Positions 12,623 to 26,949 of a stretch of DNA of 64,000 bases are shown piece after piece. Under the pieces are notes generated by a model. The model worked only from the letters and a program-made list of their open reading frames with translations, made no database searches and was not told where the DNA came from. The position numbers and the translations under genes were made by a program. The first letter of the stretch is position 1; each line of letters begins with the position of its first letter. The DNA is from Eledone cirrhosa (taxonomy: Eukaryota), in assembly GCA_964016885.1 (NCBI GenBank), contig OZ024741.1:234050001-234114000 (forward strand), in the 5' to 3' direction.

Positions 12623-12697
12623 ATTACCCACTCTACTACCCTAAGTATTGAGTACTTTGGTGCGTTATGGTACATCTTACCACATTTCCTTCGTTAT
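12623..12697 (+). mobile_element. Tail-only copy of family B element between TA runs
   Basis: Reverse-complement match to 7161-7241 (TTACCCACTCTACTACC...TTCCTTCGTTATA). Confidence 0.75.
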
Positions 12698-13083
12698 ATA
12701 TCGGGGTAAGCTCTCCTCTGAGGCACTAAACCGGGCAAGGTGTTTTTGTGGAAGACCAGCAGTAGCGCATGCATACCAGTCTCCCCTCTCCACGCCAAGG
12801 ACCTTGTCCAAGAGGAAGGCCGATACAGCTTGGCACTCATGTCGGAGGTCAGATTATTTAAAACTCACGAAAAAAAAATAGAAAACAGAATTTCTTAATG
12901 AACCCCAGCGGTTGCTTTTCTATAAATTTACCTTTATATATTTGTATGCGTTTGTGTGTATTATATATATATATATATCAAAAGTATGTGTAAAAACCAA
13001 TCAAGAAGGAGAGAGAGCAAGACAAGCATATATATATATCAAAAGTATGTGTACAAACCAATCAAGGAGAGAGAGCAAGACAA

Positions 13084-13127
<44 letters not shown>

Positions 13128-15036
13128 GTGTGTGTCTGTTTCATTTACATTCCTTTACTGGTCGATGATGTATGTTTTTGTGTGTATGTATGCAGAATGA
13201 AAAAACATTACAAGAAAAGCAGTAAAATACCTGGTATAACTACACACCCACAAACACTTCTAGAAATCTTTTTAGAAAATTATCTTACAAGAGCAATAAT
13301 AATAATTTCTTAATAAGGATAATACTTTATAATTATGATAGTAAAACAGAACATTGTACCAATAATACTTAGCGATTTATTATTAATTTGAAATAAATGT
13401 AAATTTACACAAAAAAGTACTAACACACAACAACAGGTATAATTTTACTACCTGGAAAAATTATGTTAATTACTTTCAAAAATTAAAAAAAAACATATCT
13501 GGTATCATTGTATTGAATTCCATATAATGTTGGTTTTGTCAGTATAAATTGGTGTAAAGAAATAATATATGCTGCTAATTAGCTGTAATTAAGTCTTAGA
13601 TTGCGCTTACGACAATTGCCAAAAACCGATGCAGTACGATGTAACATTTTTTGCGTGTTTTTTTAGGAAAATTCCTTTTGTTTTGTTTTTTACTAAAACA
13701 TGAGCAGTACAATGCAGACGGTGTAACATTATTTTAGTCCCTTCCACTCAAACAATTCCGGATATCACATGCAATGTATGCAAACTTGACACTTGCTGTT
13801 AAAATTTATCTGTTCTTTACTAAAAATCCAAATTAAATTCATTTTTCTTTTTTGGAAACGAAATAATAAATAAACCCTAACAATTCAGTTTGAAAAATAA
13901 TTTTAGTGGATAATTAAACGAGATATTATCACTCCCGTAACTAACAATATACGGTAAATCTATTTCGGCAGCCATGACGGCGAAGCAGAAAAATAGTTGG
14001 TCTATGTGTGACGAATTACCTCCTCTTTGTTTATGTTGCCCCTCCCCTTTGGCAACTGAGTCATTGAAACTTTCTTGTAAAAAAATTCAGTAAATAAAAC
14101 CTTAGGTCTGGTCTGTCTGTGCGTCTTCTCCTTATCTCCCCCTGCTCCCAGTATTGCTGTCTCCACTTACTCAAAGCTCCCTTATACCTATTACGATGAC
14201 ACAGTAAGCTGATGTTTCATTCCTACGGTGTGTATATGTCTATATAACTGCCTCACTCTATATATATATCTATATAGAAACAACCCCCCTCTCACCACTT
14301 CCCAGGTTGGTTTCTAATAATCTTACCATTTCACCCTCTCCCTCTCGTTTAATATCTACGTATCTATCACAATTTTACTCTCTCCCACTCTTTCTCTCTA
14401 AATTTCCTCCTCCCCCTCTTTCTTTCACTTTCTAAATTTCTTCTTTCACTTCTCCCTCTTTCTTCTTCTCCTTTTAATTTATATTTTCTTCAATTTCTTT
14501 TTCACACTTTTTCTTTCTGTTTTCTATTTATTTTTCATTTACATTTCACTTTTTAAAAAAAAATTCTCCAACTTCTCACCACCGCCTTAGACATCACAAG
14601 AGAAACCTCTAGGTGGTCATTCGAACTGTTAGAAATAGCAGTCAAATCTCACTTAAAAACGCACTATACTACCTTAAATAATGAAAGAACATTAGATAAT
14701 ATATATTCTTAGATACTCCTAAAAAGACCGGATGGTCATGGCTAGAATGTCATTGAAGATAGGCCTAGGCCATCAACACCATCACCATCATTACCAACAC
14801 CAAACACCACCACTACCAACACCAACAACATCATCACCACCACCCCTACTAACAACACCATCATCGCCACTACCAACCACAACAGCATCATCACCAACAA
14901 CAACATCATCACTACCTTCACCGCCACCCATACTACTGGCACCCGTATTTGTACAATTTCTAGTTGGATTGGACTAAAATCTTGTTAAAACTGACAGCAA
15001 ACAACCTGCTACATAATATAACAACACATTATCATC

Positions 15037-15070
<34 letters not shown>

Positions 15071-15459
15071 CCAGCACGATCATTATCAACATCATCATAA
15101 TCTATTAGTGTCAGTGTAATTAGATCATCATCACTACTAACATAACTACCACCACCAGCATCAACATCTCCATTCATTGTGAAAAATCTCTTATATACCT
15201 GCCCTTTCTTAACCCAAACACTACTCTAATTACTGAATCGATAGTCTCAATGCTTTTATTTTACCCCCAGGTCAGCTCTGGTTGAGCAGATCGATGATCA
15301 AAGGCGTTCCAGCTATGGCCATTTCATCATTTTGTATACCAAAGAGGTCATTATCTTTTTTAAGACAGTAAGGTTAATTTGAGAGAGATTTGGTTGCTAT
15401 TTCTAACTGGCAGAGCGACAATTTAGAGGGTCTCTTGTTGGTGTTACTGTTATTATTGT

Positions 15460-15513
<54 letters not shown>

Positions 15514-16389
15514 GACTACTACTACATGAATTACTGTTGTTTCAGGTCACTCAAGTAGTGTATTTAATTATCATAGACTATATGGTGAGCATTACAACAT
15601 ATGTAGTAGGCACGCCCCTCATCCCACCACCCAGTTTCCATTCCCCCGATTCAAGCTCAATATTTTGATTTATATCTTGGTGGACTTGGCCTTTCATTTT
15701 TCTCAAGTCGATAAAATAAGTACCAGTTAAATACCTGGGCCCAATATAATCGACTAAAAGCCTTGAAGGTACTGCTCCAGCATTGCCACAGTCCAGTGAC
15801 TGAAACCAGTAAGATGCAATGTGAAAGAATGCTACCAAGGCCTGTGATGGAGAAAGCTTAAGCATCACAACTTCTCATTTCATCTGCATCCTTATATGTT
15901 GACCAATTTTGTCAGGTATCCCAACACCTGATAAAAAAAAAAAAGCAATGATCGTAGGATGATTAGTGTTGTTAAGTGTTTTTGATGTTATTGTTGTTAA
16001 TTGTTGTTATTCTTACATAGCCAGCTATGATGGAGCAGACCTATGATCAGTCATAATCATTTTATCTTTTGTTTTCAGATATTGTGTATCTAGAAATACA
16101 TTGTCCAATGTATTCTGTTTTTTTAGAAAATTAGATTTAAATTGAGGGTGATTTAGGCTTCTATTTCAATAAGGTCAAGAGATCACATAGAAGGCCTGTA
16201 AATGTTGTTTTTCATGGTCAGTTTGTTAAGAGAGGTGTGACTAGCCTGCTGATCAGTCTCCAACTGGTGTTGATGGTGGCTAGACCAGGTTTAGGCCACA
16301 TCCAAATTACTTCTAAAGTGGCATACACACATCTATCATATATCTACATTGACATACACACTTATGGCATTACACATACTCTGTGAGAG

Positions 16390-16510
16390 TATGTGTAATA
16401 TATGAATATATATATATATATTATATATACATATATATAATATATATATATATACATCTCTCTCTCTTTCTATATATATATATATATATATGAATATAAA
16501 TATAAATATA

Positions 16511-16573
<63 letters not shown>

Positions 16574-16725
16574 TGATAGAGAGATATACATATGCTTACA
16601 CACACACACACATTCACATATATGTCAGTGCATCTGTATGTTTATATATGCATTTATTTACATTCATAAATATATACACTAAATTGTCCATACACATATT
16701 TGACTACTCGGTAATGTAAATATGA

Positions 16726-16783
<58 letters not shown>

Positions 16784-16984
16784 ATATCTAATCCATGCAA
16801 GCATGGAAAAACAAACATATATATATGTTCTGTCCCACCCACCCAAAATTGCATGGTGTTTATATGTAATGAATGCTCATATAATGTTTAAATGCTTTCA
16901 CTACAATAGTATTTATAATATATATGCATATGTGTATATGTTTTTGTGTATGTATATATATATATCTAGCTATCTATTTATCTG

Positions 16985-17026
<42 letters not shown>

Positions 17027-17216
17027 ATGTATAATATATATATATATGTATAATATATATATGTATAATATATATATATGTATAATATATATATATTTAT
17101 GTATATATATATATCTATGTATAATATATATATATGTATAATATATATATATAGTTATATATATATATGTATGTATAATATATATATATATATATATGTG
17201 TATGTATATTATACAT

Positions 17217-17276
<60 letters not shown>

Positions 17277-17360
17277 ATGTATAATATATATATATATGTA
17301 TAATATATATATGTATATTTATGTATATATATATATATATATGTATAATATATATATATG

Positions 17361-17395
<35 letters not shown>

Positions 17396-17455
17396 TATAT
17401 ATATATGTATAATATATATATATAGATATATATGTGTATGTATAATATATATATC

Positions 17456-17489
<34 letters not shown>

Positions 17490-17490
17490 G

Positions 17491-17543
<53 letters not shown>

Positions 17544-17560
17544 ATATATGATATGTGTGT
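16390..17560. repeat. Compound (TA)n/(TG)n microsatellite field
   Basis: Direct inspection; explains the YIYI/CVCV ORFs. Confidence 0.95.
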
Positions 17561-18029
17561 GTATGCAGAGCATATGAGCAAGACGTGGTACCTCTGACCC
17601 TCTTAAGAAAGGCAGTGAGTGACCCAGATTGTCAAGACATGTCTAACCCATGCTACCAGCGAAAGCTGATGGAAAATTATGGTCATGATACATAACGTAG
17701 ATAATCGGAACGTGTGTAATGCACGAGGTGACCTCAGCCTGTCTGGGAGGTCAGTCGTTTTGATTAAGTAGACATTTGTGATGACCTGTCCAGCCTATGC
17801 CAGCATAGAAGAATGGGTATTCAGTCATGATGATAAATATCTATATATTATAATGAGTTGGGACCCAACAGCTGAGGTCTTACCATTTCAACAGCAAGTT
17901 CCTGAAATAGCTGTTGAAACGGCAAGAGTTCATCCATTGGGTCCCAAATCTTTATATAGCCAAACTCTACTACTTCAAGTATCAAGTACTCTGTTGAGTA
18001 ATGGTCTAACTAGTTTGTAAATAGTTTAT

Positions 18030-18513
<484 letters not shown>

Positions 18514-18732
18514 TATTTAATATAGAAATGGCTTCTACAGGACTAGAACTGTTTCATTCAGGAGAAACCATCAGGAAGCCGCTGAGAAATCATCAGGGCT
18601 TCCTGATGATTTCTTCCGAATGAAACAGTTCTAGTCCTGTAGAAGCCATTTCTATATTAAATACTTATACTCTGCTATGTATTGAGTACCTTACTTACTG
18701 TGGTTACCCCCGATTGAACCCGGGATAAACTT
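18514..18732 (+). mobile_element. (TA)n-embedded hairpin-plus-tail element (family A)
   Basis: Inverted repeat 18514-18663 then a ~70-bp tail; homolog at 42639-42805, fragments at 21588-21700. Confidence 0.85.
18597..18647 (+). ncRNA. Type I hammerhead ribozyme motif
   Basis: GGCUUC CUGAUGA U-UUC-uucc-GAA-U GAA ACAG-uucuaguc-CUGU A GAAGCC; all three stems pair; predicted GUA cleavage after 18641. Confidence 0.8.
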
Positions 18733-18782
18733 ATATATATATATATATATATTGGAAAAGTAAATAACAACAAGGAGTACAG

Positions 18783-18823
<41 letters not shown>

Positions 18824-18914
18824 CCAAAGGTTAAACAAGGTTCATTGATTAATCAATGAATATAGTTTTACAATAGATTAGAAGCACTCAACAGCATGTT
18901 TTCTGAAGTTATTA

Positions 18915-19341
<427 letters not shown>

Positions 19342-19349
19342 GTATACTT

Positions 19350-19432
<83 letters not shown>

Positions 19433-19490
19433 CATATATACATATATATATATATGTGTGTGTGTATATATATATACATATATATATATA

Positions 19491-19522
<32 letters not shown>

Positions 19523-19800
19523 AACATATATATATATACATATCATCATCATCATCATTTCATTTTACGTCCGCTTTTCCCTGCTTGCAAGGGTGGGACG
19601 GGAACTGATTCTGGCTTGATTTCTACAGCTGGATGCCCTTCCTAACACCAACCTCATTTACAGTGAGTGCTGGGTGCTTTTTTGCCGTGGCACCTCCACG
19701 ACCACTTTGCAGTGGAATGATATGGACCCCAGTCCCTATCATCTCATTTCTACAGCTGAGTAAACTGGAACAATGTGAAATAAAGTGTCTTGCTCAAGGA

Positions 19801-19837
<37 letters not shown>

Positions 19838-19896
19838 CAAGGCTCTGATACCATCAACACCATAAACACAGAGCTGGCATATCTAAGAACTGACTA

Positions 19897-19952
19897 ACTG
19901 CCTGATGAGGTCATAGCCATTCAATGGTTATCATCGAAATATATATAGCAGT
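19897..19952 (+). ncRNA. Type I hammerhead ribozyme motif in a short element between TA runs (19833-19998)
   Basis: ACUGC CUGAUGA GG-uc-AUAGCCAU-uca-AUGGUUAU-ca-UC GAA AUAUAUAU A GCAGU. Confidence 0.82.
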
Positions 19953-19997
19953 AAATAAAGGATTATGAGTTCATGCAATTGACTTATGTTTCGTCAC

Positions 19998-20029
<32 letters not shown>

Positions 20030-20040
20030 CTTTGTCTATA

Positions 20041-20083
<43 letters not shown>

Positions 20084-20089
20084 ATAATA

Positions 20090-20279
20090 ATAAATGTGAA
20101 GACTAAAATCCAAAGAGGGCTCGATAAGGATAAATATATATCAAATATATACGAACCCTAGAGCAAATATTTATTAAAATAACAGATTAAGGTTTGGGTA
20201 AAGAATCACTGCTTTCACCCTTTAAGAGTGAAAGCAGCGATTCCTTGCTTAAACTTTGATCTATTATTTTAATAAATAT
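20090..20279. mobile_element. Tail-plus-hairpin element in (TA)n; imperfect inverted repeat 20167-20279
   Basis: Arms about 55 bp with transition mismatches; only a possible HHR 3' half (GAAAGCA...UGCU U). Confidence 0.7.
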
Positions 20280-20349
20280 ATATATGTTTCGACAAATAAA
20301 ACACACTGTCCACGCTGTAATGTGGCCGTGTAGGTAACATGGTAAAAAG

Positions 20350-20526
20350 GCTCCCAGTCCTCACTGTAAATGTGGTTGGTGTTAGGAAGGGCATCCAGCC
20401 ATAGAAAACCTGCTAGATAGTCTTATACGAGCGAGACACAGTCACTCTACCAATCTTGCCTCAAGTGGGACAGTTCCCGTATAACCCATGCTAGCGTGGA
20501 AGATAGACGTTAAACGATGATGATGA

Positions 20527-20530
<4 letters not shown>
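20350..20530 (+). mobile_element. SINE with RTE-like 3' end and (GAT)n tail; related copies near 19540(-), 26650, 32440(-), 34610, 46340, 53780
   Basis: GTGGTTGGTGTTAGGAAGGGCATCCAGC...CCCATGCTAGCGTGGAAGATAGACGTTAAACGATGATGAT. Confidence 0.75.
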
Positions 20531-20563
<33 letters not shown>

Positions 20564-20702
20564 TTAATAAATGGAAAATATCTTTCATTTATTAATATTG
20601 TTAGTATTAATAATACTCCAGATAAATTTTGTAGAGTGCTTCAAACCTGTTATAAAATTAATTCTGTTGAATAATAATCAACAAATCATATAACTCATTG
20701 TT

Positions 20703-20737
<35 letters not shown>

Positions 20738-20983
20738 ATATACACACATATATATACATATGTATATATATATATGTATATATATAAAAAGAAAATTTTC
20801 GCTCTCCATATCTGAAGACAATAAATGTAATCTGATTTTTTTCGAATATTAATAATAACATTCGATTCGTTTGCAATTATGCAAACAAGCCTCATTTTTA
20901 TAGCCATGTCAGTAGAATGAACTCTTCAATTTTTGGTCTTGTGTTGGCATGTATATATATACACATACACATATATATATATA

Positions 20984-21067
<84 letters not shown>

Positions 21068-21144
21068 CACACACACATATATATATATATGTATATATGT
21101 ATATATGTATATATATATATATATGTATATTTTTTGGGGACACC

Positions 21145-21193
<49 letters not shown>

Positions 21194-21264
21194 TATATAT
21201 ATAGACATATATATATATATATACAGGGTGTCCCCCAAAAATATACATATATATATATACATAT

Positions 21265-21327
<63 letters not shown>

Positions 21328-21355
21328 TATATATATACACATATATATATATATA

Positions 21356-21455
21356 CAGGGTGTCCCAAAAAAATATACACACTTCATCAGCATTCTAATA
21401 AATATTGTCTGTACAGGTAATCAAAGTGTGCAAACCTTTTTTGGGGGCTACTCTG
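21356..21455. mobile_element. 100-bp Tc1-like MITE in (TA)n
   Basis: TA-CAGGGTGTCCCAAAA ... TTTTGGGGGCTACTCTG-TA. Confidence 0.7.
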
Positions 21456-21463
21456 TATATATA

Positions 21464-21504
<41 letters not shown>

Positions 21505-21990
21505 GTACACACACACATATATGTGTGTGTATCTATCTATCATCATCATCATCATCATATATATATATACATATATAAAAGTCTGGGTGGATTCCTGATG
21601 GGTATCAAGAAGTGACCACCATTAAAAAAGGTTCTCAATATCTTGGTAGAGTATAGGCGTCTTTATTTTATATACATATGAAACAGTTCTAGTCCTGTAA
21701 TTTTGTCTATATATATATTATATGCATGCAAAAAGTAAATGGAGACAACAAAGCAAACAGCGCAGTACAATGAAGAAATATATTAGTTTAATGCTTGATA
21801 TATATGTGTGTGTATTATATGATTGTGTGATCTATTTACCTCTCTCTCTCTCTATATATACACATATACATACATTTTTATGTATATATACATTTGTATA
21901 TATGTGCATACATGTATGCATATGTATATATATATGTGTGTGTGTATATATATACATATGTGTGTGTGTATATATATACATATATATATA

Positions 21991-22068
21991 CAGGGTGTCC
22001 CCAAAAGATGTATATATACTTCAACAGCAGATAACTCAAATTTGTGTACATTTTTTGGGGACACCCTG
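21991..22068. mobile_element. 78-bp Tc1-like MITE in (TA)n
   Basis: Perfect 16-bp TIRs CAGGGTGTCCCCAAAA / TTTTGGGGACACCCTG with TA flanks. Confidence 0.85.
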
Positions 22069-23083
22069 TATACACACACACACACATATACACACACACA
22101 TATATATATATATATATATGCATGTGTATGTGATGTGTGAAAAGATAGAGAAAACAAATACGCAATCGTTCTAATGAAATTTTCAAAATTTAAAACATTA
22201 GCTTTAATAACAACAACAAAAGCAGACAGCTATAGAAATTCCACTAAAATAAACAGATGAACAAAAAACCAAAAAACCAAACGACAACATATGAATAAAT
22301 AAAATGCCAGTGTGCATGAAGCGACATTCTCCAGACCCCCTCCCTCTCTCCCCAACATATCTACACCACCCCCTTGCTATTCTGGAATTGTAGTGGTTCC
22401 TAGGCTGTGAGTCATGGACCCAACGGCAGGGAGATAGTTCAGGGAGACACTCCATAAAATTTCAAAATACACAAAAATTTAGAGATGGTAGTAATACATG
22501 GTGGACATATGTTTGATATGTGTATGTGTATGTATTTGTGAATGCATGTTTGTATGTATTTATGTATATGTATTTGTGTAAGTATGTATGTGTTGTGTAT
22601 GTATGTATGTGCATGTATTTGTGTATGCTTCTTTGTATGTATTTATGTGTATGTATTTGTTTGTGTAAGTATCTATGTGTGTATGTATGTATGTATGAGT
22701 ATGTGTGCATATGTATGTGTTGTGTAAGTGTGTATACATACATGTATGTGTATGCATATATTCTTATATATGTGTGTGTATTTATGTATGCAGGTTTATA
22801 TGTATATATGTGTGCATGTATGTATACATGCAGTGGGTTACACTTCCTTAGGATTGGACAAAGATAGATTGAGAAGACATTTACAGAGACAGAATTGCAC
22901 ACACTTACACCTACTCACACACACACACGCACACATATATAAGTTAGGAAAGATTAAGGCAAAATTGCTTGTGTGAAGTGTTCTGCCTTCATATATGTAA
23001 ATATGTGTACATACACACATATCTATATGTCTATGTTTATATATATATGTGTATGTATATATATATGTGTGTATGTATGTATG

Positions 23084-23144
<61 letters not shown>

Positions 23145-23165
23145 ATATATACATACACACATACA

Positions 23166-23790
23166 TATCATCTTCCTCATTGTTTTACAGCCACTTTTCC
23201 ATGCTACATGGGTTGGACAGGTCTTTTTAATGCATATCATCACTCTACTCGCTGAGGCCCTTCGCCATCTCCTCTGCGAGCTTCTGCAATTTGAAATCAA
23301 CTTTCACAACCTCTGCCCAAATCTTCTTTTGTCTCCCTCTACAGCAGCTTCCTTCCACTTGGATTTCTTCTCCCAACACATCCATATGCATCACATGTCC
23401 ATACCAGTTCAGTCTTCTCCTTTGCACACAACATATAATTCTTCTTACATCCAGCTTTTTTCTCAGTTTCACTATGTTTTGTTGTTCCTACACATTAAGA
23501 TTGCACATCCAATGGAGTATGCTCGTTTTATTTCACTCTAGCCTTCACACACCCTCTGCATTTATTGCAGAGTATGTCTCACTACCTTGCAACATCACAC
23601 ATCATGCACAAGTATCGTACATTTCATAGAGAGAAACCTTTTGTTGTCAACAGAGGTAGTAACTCTCTGAACCCTTTCTCTCCTGTTCTTATTCTACCTA
23701 CTATGCTCTTGAAGCAACCTCTCCCTCTGCTAATTAGATCTCCAAGTTAGCAGAAGCTTTCAATGTCTTCTATGGATGCTTCCTGAAATT
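23166..23790 (-). mobile_element. RTE LINE 3' fragment
   Basis: RRRLNWYGHVMHMD...RGRQKKIWAEVVKVD; GAT-type tail. Confidence 0.85.
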
Positions 23791-24070
23791 GGAAAAGTAT
23801 ATAAAGTATGTATGTGCAAATAAGACCATTGATTGCCCTCACCTGTAAAAACAAATCATGCTCAGATATATATATATATATGCTAATAATATTATTTATA
23901 CTTATATATGAGTTCATCATTATATATGAGTTCATCATATGAGTTATATATAATTATAAGCACTACCCAATTACCAGTAACAGAAATAGCTCAATGTAAA
24001 TTATCAGATGTATTACAGAGCAGAGATACAAAATATAAAACAATCAAATTTTTGCTTAATACATTTAATT

Positions 24071-24115
24071 GCTGACAATCGTTTCTTCCAGTTTATTGTT
24101 TGGAATCATCGGAGC
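24071..24115 (-). ncRNA. Hammerhead motif, U4C core variant
   Basis: GCU CCGAUGA UUCCA-aacaauaaac-UGGAA GAA AC-gauu-GU C AGC. Confidence 0.62.
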
Positions 24116-24284
24116 TTACACAATGTAATTACATTCCTAGTTTTTAGAACATTCATTAAGATACAATATTATCAACAGTGTCAGTGACATCATATTGAAA
24201 ATCAAGAGTGACAGATAGCAAAGTATTATTTTGTATATATATATATATATATTTGTTGTGCAAGATTCTTGTGAAATCATGAAA

Positions 24285-25015
24285 TCAGATATTTTTATAT
24301 TTGGGATGGTTGTGTTGACAATTTTGCCAATAAAAACACACACACTACTTGACTTTCGCTTCAGCTTTATTATTATTAGTTATTTTCCAACTCATGCAAG
24401 AATGGGAAAAAATGGACGTAAAAACGATGATGATGATGATGATTGGTTATTGATTAGTTCATCAAAGCTCTTTCATCACACATTCTGTGACCTGCTCAAT
24501 GGGGCAAATTGTTGTTCTTCTTTGTGCCTCCTCTTTTTTCTGGTCTTGTTTTCTCTTTTATTTTTACCGTGAGCGTTTGCCTTCATCTCTCAGCTCTCTC
24601 TCTAGTGAGTTGCAGTCTTTCCATGATGGCAGCAATTTTGTTAGTGTATCTTTTAGAACAGACACATTAATTTATAGTGTGAAGTTGTTGAGTTGTTCAG
24701 GTTATTCTTAGACAACAGAGTATAGTGTTTTTCAGTATCTGGCTAGCCTGGCTGACGCTCACATTGTTATATTTATGTATTTATTTTGCAAGATTCTTGA
24801 TGTGAAATCATCTTTTGAAACAGAAAGAAGAGAAGGTACAGAAGAACTAATAGTTATTGAGAAGGTCACAGAATGTGTGATGAAAGAACTTAGACGAAAT
24901 AATCAATAACCAGTCACTAATAATATTAAAGCTGAAGTGAAAGTCAAATAGTGCATGTATTTTAATTGGCAAAATTGGCAACATGACAATCTCCAAATAT
25001 AACAATATATATATA
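24285..25015. mobile_element. Inverted pair of diverged PLE 3'-end copies (24285-24505 minus; 24855-25015 plus) with degenerate HHRs
   Basis: The two copies are reverse complements; both share GAAAGARCTT and tail similarity with 29818-30057. Confidence 0.6.
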
Positions 25016-25509
25016 ACAATATATATACATACACACACACATAGACACATATGTATAAATCAGTCAACTTAAGAAACTTTGTGAACAATTGAAATGTGTG
25101 CATCCTAATGCTCTTTAGAATAATTGTTAAAGCACATATACATGTGTGTGTGCTTATGTGTTTAAGAGAAATTGCCTTGTAGTGTTTGTTCTGGCTGACT
25201 GTGCTCTGAATTCAAATTGCACCAAGTTAATCTTTGCCTTTCATCCTTTTTGGGAATTGATAAAATATAGTACTAGTCAAGGGCAGTAGATTAAAGGAAT
25301 TGTTGGTATGTTAGATGTGATCATTTGTGATGCTTGCTCTTGCATGTTGCATTTTGGGTTCAAATCCTGCTGTAGCCTACATGAGGGGTAGGATTAATCT
25401 GTTGCTTGGTTTAACACAACTAAATGGCTCTTGGGTAACTTTAGCAGAATCTACACTAAGATATGTCTCTGGTTTGAATATACCCCTCTTACTCCCTTTC
25501 TCTCACTTG

Positions 25510-26130
25510 GTATAAGAGCAATCAGATGTATTGTGTTGTTATGGACACATAATGCATATGAATGGTGACCATTGGGTGAAGATGTGTCAGAAATTCCAAG
25601 GAAGATGAAGTCGAATTAAGCTGAGGGAGACTTGCACAGAGACAGTGAGAGAAGATCTCAGAATGCTGAACCTCACAAAAGAGATGATAAAGTAAAGAGA
25701 GAAGTAGAGGGATGAGCTACTGGAGCAGACTTGTGTAACTCATGGAAGCATGGAAAACCATATGTAAAAATGATGATATATGTATACATACATATATATG
25801 TATGTAGAAGATTGACGTTAAATGATGATGATGATGATGATGATGATATATGTGTATGTATATATGTTAAGTTTACTCTGAAGCTTATTGGATTTTAGGT
25901 TTTGTTTCCACATCTGAAATTTCTTTTCTGAAGCTTCTACAAATTCAGCTATAAGTACTAGATCATCAGCATGCAGAATTTCCCAGAGACAGCCAGTTTT
26001 TAACCTTTCTGTTATGTCTTGGAGAACTATAACAAACAGGAGAAAACTGAGAATCAAACTTTGATGGACAGTGACATGCACACTAAATTCCTCACTAAAC
26101 CCATTGTCTATTCTTATTTTGAGGTATACA
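25510..26130. mobile_element. RTE LINE fragments (3' end on plus 25510-25780; RT fragment on minus 25860-26130)
   Basis: VHQSLILSFLLFVIVLQ...LHADDLVLIAE motif; decayed YGH-RG-W tail. Confidence 0.75.
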
Positions 26131-26949
26131 ATTGGCAGATTGCTTTGTAACATTTGTTTCAGCTCTCTGCACTCTCCGAGTTCAAATCCCACACTTTAAC
26201 TTTCATCCTTTTGAGGTTGATAAATATAATAGTAGCCCAGTACTGGGTCGATTCTTCTTATATATCCCTTTCTGACTTCCCCTCTCTCTCCTTTTCTGGA
26301 AGAATCAGCAAAGTTTAGACATGGAGAGGAATGGGCTCTGCAAGGTTCAAAATGCCTAAGAAATGTCATCACAAGCCTTTCATCCACTGATTGTAGATTG
26401 TGACACACTGTCAAAGGCTTTCCCAAGATCACATGACAGCTAAATATGTGGGCTGATTCTCAACTACCAACTTATCTTGCAATTTCCTCACTAAGAAGAG
26501 AGCATTGATTATACTCCATCATGGCACAAAATCAAACAGCATCTCATCTCGGTGCATTTTATACACACACAAACACATACACTAACATTCACATACAGAC
26601 ATATATATATAAATATTATCATATTGATTTTTGTGTGTGTGTAACTTCTCTAGTGCTGGTGCCATGAAAACTGCACCTAGTACACCCTGTAAAGGGGTTG
26701 GTGATAAAAAGGGCATGTCTGTAGAAACTGTGCCAAATAGGGTCGAGATGATTTTTTAGTTGTATCAAAGACATTACAACCTCTCTAGTGTTAGTGATCT
26801 ACACAATAAACACACCCAGTGCTCTCTGTAATGTGGATGTTGATAGAAAAAGCATTGACTCATAAAAAAAAGTCTGTGTAACAAAGGTTGGGAGGACTCT
26901 TCAGTTGTGTCAAAGTTGTGATACCCTCCTAGTGCTGATACCCTATTGT

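Noticed and set aside
20167-20279. Arm mismatches as a fossil of A-to-I editing
   Set aside because: G-U and A-C mismatches occur in similar numbers, consistent with ordinary transition bias
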